Below are positions 59,801 through 64,000 of a stretch of 64,000 bases of DNA, piece by piece. Made by a program: the position numbers and the translations under genes. The notes beneath the pieces were generated by a model. The model saw nothing but the letters and a program-made list of their open reading frames with translations, had not been told where the DNA came from and ran no database searches. How positions within the stretch are numbered: position 1 is the stretch's first letter; each line of letters starts with the position of its first letter. This DNA is from Heptranchias perlo. Lineage: Eukaryota. The stretch is from contig NC_090353.1 in NCBI RefSeq assembly GCF_035084215.1, positions 17,732,001 through 17,796,000 of the forward strand. Reading direction: 5' to 3'.

Positions 59801-62099
59801 GGTGTAGAATTGTTTTCCTTTATGCTTAGGCTGTTCCTCTCCTCCTCAGCTCCCAATGGTACTGAAGGTGCCCCGATTGAATTCCTCACCTCTGGCACTG
59901 TGTGACAGGCCATTCTCCCTCCTGGGCTTTGGCGATGTCTTAATACCAGGTAAAGAATCTCTCAGAATAGTGATCTGCTTTAGTCCTGACAGGTTATCCT
60001 CAAATATTTGTGTGATAGGAGACAGAACTGTATAGGATTTATTTTTTTCTCTCTGAATTTTGGATTTGCCATGAAGTGGCTGTCCTCTTGAACAGGACTG
60101 CCATTTATTATGCATTTCCCTGGCTGGGGAGCAGAAACACTATGGTTCATTGCTGAGCCTCAGCCTCGAATACCAGTGGGAGGCCAACACCTTGTGGTAC
60201 TTACATTTTTTTCTAAGCTTATCAGTCTGTATTCAATTAAAAAATATTGTTTCTCAACCACTCGAGGATAAGACCATTACGTAGGGTCTTCATTCTGGAA
60301 TTCCCTTTGATCTTAGTTGTAAAAATCCTGGAACTCCCTACCTAACAGCACTGTGGGAGAACCTTCACCACACGGACTGCAGAGGCTCAAGAAGGCGGCT
60401 CACCACCACCTTCTCGAGGGCAATTAGGGATGGGCAGTAAATGCTGGCCTTGCCAGTGACGTCCACATCCCATGAACGAATTTTTAAAAGAAAAATAATA
60501 TTGCAGTTTCTCTCTCTTTCCCCCCCTCTCAAAATGTAAGCAACACCTTCCTGCTTTATTTTTCTTTCAGGAATGTTGGTGGCGTACTGTCACAGGTTTG
60601 ACATTCAGGTGCAGACGTCAAGAATCTACTTCATGGCCTGCACGATCGGTAGGTGCCAACATCTGTTTTGACATTATAACAAAACAAAACTGGAGCAAGA
60701 ACTTTACTAATGGATATATACTTTAACAGGAAACATTTGCAGGGCTATGGGGAAAGAGCGGTGGGGGGAGGGAGGGGAGGGGAATGGGACTAATTGGATA
60801 TCACAGGTATGATGGGCCGAATGGTTTCTTTCTGTGCTGTAAGAGTCTATAAGTAGAAGCCCCTCACGATGCACTATTACTATCGAATAATACATAATTT
60901 TTGTACCCCTCGACTTGCAATGATTTGAAAAGGTGGAATCGAGGGAGGGAGTGCAGTTTTCTGTAGAATTGGCTGATTTTACACTGCTGATGCTTTTCTC
61001 AGCCGGGCTGTTTAATTTCAGGCTGTAACGATTGAAGCTGGACAGTTGAGAGATGTAACACGCATACAATCCAACTGAGTAGCGAGGATGTTTAAACAAA
61101 ATTGAGGCACACCATATATTGTGTACAGAAATATCTGAATCTTGGTTAAGATAGTAGACACTCGGGTAGAAAATTGTGGCATTTCTCTCTAACGTTGGAC
61201 ACAAGAAATACATAAGAAAAATATCAAGAACAGCTTAACCTCAACAACTATACTGACAAGTGGAGGCAAAAGAATCCAGGAATGCAGGAAATCTGAAATA
61301 CACAGCAGACCTATTAGCATCTGAAAGAGAAAAGATAGGTTAATGTTTTGGGTAGAGACTCTTTGTCAGAACCATCACAGGCTGGAGAAGACCTTTTATG
61401 TTTGATCAAACCATGGGTGGGAGGGAAGGGAGAACAGGTATTCAAGACTTTGTACCTATTAATTACTTCCACAAGGAGGCAGTTGATGGATTTAATAGCC
61501 TGTAATAACAGCTTTTAAGATGCTGGAAAGAAATGCAGACCGTTTTGCACTATACAAAGGTCATTTGAAACACGGTGTTGTATATGTAAGCATTGGAAAG
61601 ATAAAAATGGTGAATCAGGCATGCCTCCAAAATAGAAGGGAAAATAGTGGAATGGGAATAAGATCTACTGGGAAAACGCAACAGGAAAATTAGAGCCAGG
61701 GCCTGAATTTGGTGAAGTTGATGTTCACAGAAGAAGCCTGCTAAATGCCCAGGAGGAAGATGAGACAGATTCTAGCTTAGTGCAAGTAAATATTTTTTTA
61801 AATTTCAGCCAAATGAGAGTGAGTACAGTGGTGTGTGATTTTCCAGTTTCTACACATTCTTTTCATGTTTACACAAGTGTTGGCTGTACATTAAAGTCTG
61901 TGTGTTCTCCACTGCAGCTTACGGCATCGGTCTTCTCATCACCTTTGTCGCCCTGGCACTGATGCAGACGGGTCAGCCCGCGCTCCTTTACCTGGTCCCG
62001 TGCACTCTGATCACTAGCATCTGTGTGGCTTGCTGGCGCAAGGAAGTGGCAATGTTCTGGAGTGGAAGTGGATTTGCGGTGAATACCAGTTTGATATGA
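29825..62099 (+). CDS. SPPL2B: Signal peptide peptidase-like 2B (GxGD intramembrane aspartyl protease); exons 29825-29873, 36848-36967, 38722-38904, 42472-42561, 44204-44343, 45921-46060, 46936-47032, 47151-47261, 52093-52174, 56746-56820, 57756-57818, 59850-59949, 60571-60648, 61918-62078 (read-through stop at 62099; a further terminal exon probably lies beyond the window)
   Basis: All introns GT-AG with consistent phases for exons 2-14; PA domain (MRGNCTFYEKVRLAQ), YD, LGFGD and QPALLYLVP motifs; EYGMVHV..DYCI..LPHDLSKA typical of SPPL2B; LSM7 synteny. Confidence 0.96.
29950..36460. repeat. C-rich low-complexity tandem array (CTCTCTGTC core plus poly-C) with three N gaps, in SPPL2B intron 1
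   Basis: Units GGCCTCTCTGTCTC(C)n, then CTCTCTGTCCCCT, CTCCCTCTCTGTCA and CTCCCTCTCTGTCCCGT; gaps 30814-31055, 34642-34782, 36241-36440. Confidence 0.97.
36848..36967 (+). CDS. SPPL2B: SPPL2B exon 2
   Basis: VLSEYGMVHVLSEKEHGNTKDYCIQFNPSWAYLPHDLSKA; CAG/GTAAGT. Confidence 0.93.
37945..38085 (-). mobile_element. CR1 3'-end fragment
   Basis: CATAGAAAATAGGAGCAAGAGTAGGTCATTTGGCCCTTC, the reverse complement of a CR1 tail. Confidence 0.7.
38722..38904 (+). CDS. SPPL2B: SPPL2B exon 3 (PA domain)
   Basis: SLLQLQDLTSSVLC..MRGNCTFYEKVRLAQINGAKGLLIVSRESL, 183 nt. Confidence 0.95.
39720..40090 (+). mobile_element. Degenerate L2-like 3' fragment
   Basis: Weak similarity to 19030-19350 (LHWLP..FKIL region). 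Confidence 0.45.
40880..41125 (-). mobile_element. CR1 3'-end fragment
   Basis: KNFFTQQVVMIRNALPERMVEADSIVAFKKELNKYL plus tail. Confidence 0.8.
42472..42561 (+). CDS. SPPL2B: SPPL2B exon 4
   Basis: VPPGGNGSQYEEIDIPVALLSYDDMLDISK. Confidence 0.93.
43660..43985. mobile_element. Putative hAT (Charlie-type) non-autonomous element
   Basis: TIR-like CAGGGCATTCCAAACT ... AGTTTGGACAATGCTG; TSD degenerate. Confidence 0.45.
44204..44343 (+). CDS. SPPL2B: SPPL2B exon 5
   Basis: TFGKSIKVAMYAPNEPFLDYNMVVIFVMAVGTVAIGGYWAGSKDVK. Confidence 0.95.
44660..44990 (-). mobile_element. CR1 3'-end fragment
   Basis: GESRTRGHGLKI..RKHFYTHRVIEVWNSL plus tail. Confidence 0.85.
45290..45615 (-). mobile_element. tRNA-derived SINE, LF-SINE-like (family B)
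   Basis: Minus-strand head GGTGGTGCAGTG..CCTTTCACCTCTGGTACCTGGGTTTAAATCC and body GTGCTGTACCTGATCTGGGAGTGTTTGATG; related pieces at 57060-57190 and 62480-62710. Confidence 0.5.
45921..46060 (+). CDS. SPPL2B: SPPL2B exon 6
   Basis: RYMKHKHDGADKQDDETVDVTPIMICIFVVMCCSMLVLLYYFYSQL. Confidence 0.95.
46936..47032 (+). CDS. SPPL2B: SPPL2B exon 7
   Basis: VYIIIGIFCLASSIGLYSCLSPFVRRIPFCECR. Confidence 0.94.
47151..47261 (+). CDS. SPPL2B: SPPL2B exon 8
   Basis: IPDLSSSHKRPQVRMLFLGMFCVSVSGVWAVFRNED. Confidence 0.93.
47941..51176. mobile_element. ~215-bp putative solo LTR (TGTAA...TTAACA) with 5-bp TSD AGCAT, split by the LINE
   Basis: AGCAT at 47936-47940 and 51177-51181; TG..CA ends; minus-strand AATAAA near 51035. 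Confidence 0.6.
47973..50991 (-). mobile_element. tRNA-headed CR1-group APE-RT LINE, copy 2 (complete 5' head, internal deletion near 49770)
   Basis: 406-aa RT ORF ([30 protein letters not shown]) and APE ORF; A box 50973-50984, B box 50908-50920; AGGAT TSD-like flanks. Confidence 0.94.
51590..51760. repeat. Degenerate ~30-bp AT-rich tandem repeat (CACCATGTAATTTATACACTAATATT)
   Basis: Visible periodicity. Confidence 0.65.
52093..52174 (+). CDS. SPPL2B: SPPL2B exon 9
   Basis: WAWVLQDTLGIAFCLYMLKTIRLPTFK. Confidence 0.95.
53900..54450 (-). mobile_element. CR1 3' fragment
   Basis: KVQCRFIRMLPGMRGYSYEKRLEKLGLF plus CR1 tail. Confidence 0.8.
55061..56237. repeat. 33-bp minisatellite (CCCAGCAGGGAGTCAGTGCTTGGGGAAGTKTTA)n, about 35 copies
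   Basis: Direct tandem unit; grows out of the 3' end of a family-A copy (54870-55090). Confidence 0.97.
56430..56745. repeat. Degenerate ~44-bp tandem repeat (7 units) forming the acceptor region of SPPL2B exon 10
   Basis: Units CAGTAGTAACCGTTCCCAGACTCTAATGGTGTTTATATTTTACTC. Confidence 0.8.
56746..56820 (+). CDS. SPPL2B: SPPL2B exon 10 (catalytic YD)
   Basis: ACTLLLVVLFVYDIFFVFITPFLTQ. Confidence 0.96.
57756..57818 (+). CDS. SPPL2B: SPPL2B exon 11
   Basis: SGESIMVEVAAGPSDFSTHEK. Confidence 0.94.
58334..58915. mobile_element. Putative MITE-like element
   Basis: Imperfect TIRs AGCCCAGAAATTCCA ... TGGAATTTCTACCCT. Confidence 0.35.
59850..59949 (+). CDS. SPPL2B: SPPL2B exon 12 (catalytic GxGD)
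   Basis: LPMVLKVPRLNSSPLALCDRPFSLLGFGDVLIP. Confidence 0.96.
60320..60482 (+). mobile_element. 3' terminal fragment of the tRNA-headed LINE family
   Basis: AAAATCCTGGAACTCCCTACCTAACAGCACTGTGGGAGAACC...CACATCCCATGAACGAAT, near-identical to the reverse complement of 8750-8910. Confidence 0.9.
60571..60648 (+). CDS. SPPL2B: SPPL2B exon 13
   Basis: GMLVAYCHRFDIQVQTSRIYFMACTI. Confidence 0.95.
60720..60845 (+). mobile_element. CR1 3'-tail fragment
   Basis: TTTGCAGGGCTATGGGGAAAGAGCG..GATGGGCCGAATGG..TTCTGTGCTGTA. Confidence 0.6.
61270..61770 (-). mobile_element. Penelope-like element 3' remnant
   Basis: Minus strand resembles the GIY-YIG C-terminal region (LIFLLG..NINFTKF) followed by a terminal repeat with decayed hammerhead-like core. 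Confidence 0.55.
61918..62099 (+). CDS. SPPL2B: SPPL2B exon 14 (PAL motif); donor at 62079 or read-through VNTSLI*
   Basis: AYGIGLLITFVALALMQTGQPALLYLVPCTLITSICVACWRKEVAMFWSGSGFA|VNTSLI*. Confidence 0.94.
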
Positions 62100-64000
62100 G
62101 TGCCTAGAAGAATTTTTTTTTCCCCCAAAATATAACAAAGTTGAGTAAATTTGCCATTCTACCATCATGCAGCTCTATCTTGGGGCTGGTGTGAAGTTTG
62201 ATAACAGGATTTCAGCCATGTTATTTTGGGATCTCCTGAAACCTTCATATCACCCAAAGAAAGGCCAATTATGATTGACCATCACTCCGTTAGACAGTGT
62301 CTATCTGATTCAACATCTTATCTAAACTTTTAAGTAGGAAAGACTAAGACCTTTATTGGAAGCCTAAAAACAGCTTTTGACTTTTTACATATGTTGTTGC
62401 TCATTTTGTGCTCATCGAACCAAAGGATCCGAGTGCTGGGGAGTGGGACACCTGTTCTACTTTCGTCCCCCATTGTCAGTATTAAGCACTCACAGGTAAG
62501 GTACAGTGTGGGTTAAATACAGAGTAAAGATCCCTTTAAACTGCACCATCAATAACTCTCAGGTCAGATACAGAGTAACGCCCCCTCTACACTGCCCCAA
62601 TAAGCACACCCAGGTTAAGTACAATACTAGTTTGGTACAGAGTAAAACCTCCCAATTTGTCCTAACCTCACCTTTTTAAAAGAGCATTCCTCACAACACA
62701 GTGAGCTTTTCCATAACAGACATTAGATAGTGTTGGTTGGACAGATTTTTGTTGTAACTTAATGTGTAAATTGTTTTATAAATGGCTTAATTTGATTTGA
62801 ATCTGTCTGATTTTTCTAACATACAAATGTAAAAATTCTTATTGTTTTTGTTGATACGGTTCGTTAATTTTTGGGGCTGACTATCTCTGTTTCTCAGGGT
62901 TTGGTATCTTTTACTGGTGCTGTCACCTGCCTGAGGATGGTGTTGGGTGTCTGTAACTTGCATTTATCAGTTGTCTAATGACCAACTAGTGACGATCCTC
63001 CTTGGTGGGGAAGTTAGCAGGGTCTTCTTGGTGGCTGCAAAATGTCACGCCTTTCAAGTCTCCATGGCAGACTCGGCATTCCGATACCAGAACCAGGCGG
63101 GTTCGCAGTGCCTCGGCTCTGTTGATGCTCGAGCACTCCACTTGCCTCACTAACTAAACCTGTCCCGAAGGATTCTTCCCACTTGCCTCCAACTAACCCT
63201 GCAGGCCAAAGCCCTAATGGTGCTCCTAGCTGGACAAGCAATGGGAAGCGGCTTTGGTAAGCTGCACAATTTTAGCTGGTTAAACTCCATCATTACCCTG
63301 TGCACACTTGGGGATCCCTAAGAATTGGCTCTGCCAACCTGCACTTAAGATCAATAGGCTTATGTAAAAGGAATGTTTCCCTATAGGAAAAGAGTGTGCA
63401 TTCCATATTGTGCAAGCAGGAATCCTACAGGTGGGTGTGGATTTCCCAATAGCTTGGTTTGGAGATTTGTAAACATGATGATCAGTTTCTGCGTGTGTCA
63501 GACACCCGTTGACCAGAAAAAAAGCCACTGTGCGTGCCTGAGGTTTCATAGTTCAATATCAAGCGATTTACAGTTTGTGTTGTTCAAAAACTTTTAGTAT
63601 GTCCCATTTTCATACTTTTGTCCTCCCATTCTTTCCTCTGGTGTCCACTCCTTTCATGAAATACGGACTCCTGCTCATTTACAGCTTCATGGGCCTGGCT
63701 GGACTCTAGTACCTCACCCAAGTGACCATTTTTCATGTGAGACTAGATAGTAAGTGTCTGGCTCCCCTAGGGCACTGAAGCCACACTGTAGTACCTGCAT
63801 AGTGCCCCCACCTGATCAGCTAACTCCGCATAGACTGGCGATTGACCTGGTCTGTGTGTCTTAATCCTTGTGTCCTGCACTTTTAATTAGGAGTTCTGAA
63901 ACAGGCCCTGGAGTTTATGCTGTTATTTTGTAGACCAGCAACAGACTTATAAACCTTTTTCATGATTGGAAACTTGAGAGGGATGTAAATTGGGAGGGAG

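Noticed and set aside
62898-62980. SPPL2B terminal exon after TTTCTCAG
   Set aside because: Short frame without recognisable similarity to SPPL2B C-termini; the true last exon is probably beyond the window

Overview
Vertebrate genomic DNA, almost certainly a cartilaginous fish (shark-type CR1, L2, Penelope and SINE repeats). Three intron-containing genes can be rebuilt exon by exon. (1) A CDC42 small effector (CDC42SE2-like, 86 aa, + strand, coding exons at 7.3, 7.9 and 16.2 kb, CpG-island promoter at about 2.6-3.3 kb). (2) LSM7 (- strand, 27.5-29.5 kb). (3) SPPL2B, head-to-head with LSM7 (+ strand, 14 exons, 29.8-62.1 kb, with PA domain and YD/GFGD/QPALLY motifs). Introns hold nested retroelements, several minisatellites and a 6.5-kb C-rich tract with assembly gaps. 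All long low-complexity ORFs in the track are artefacts of these repeats. The most unusual signal is a ~3.0-3.2 kb APE-RT LINE present twice. It has no conventional ORF1, starts with a tRNA-derived SINE-type head (A/B boxes), and its sense strand is essentially free of TTTT Pol III terminators, making it a candidate autonomous Pol III-transcribed LINE. Other points: VNTRs repeatedly seeded at one motif of a SINE-like family, a possible third CDC42SE ohnolog with uORFs, an SPPL2B intron-read-through C-terminus (VNTSLI*), and homopolymer frameshifts in LSM7 and SPPL2B that are probably assembly errors.
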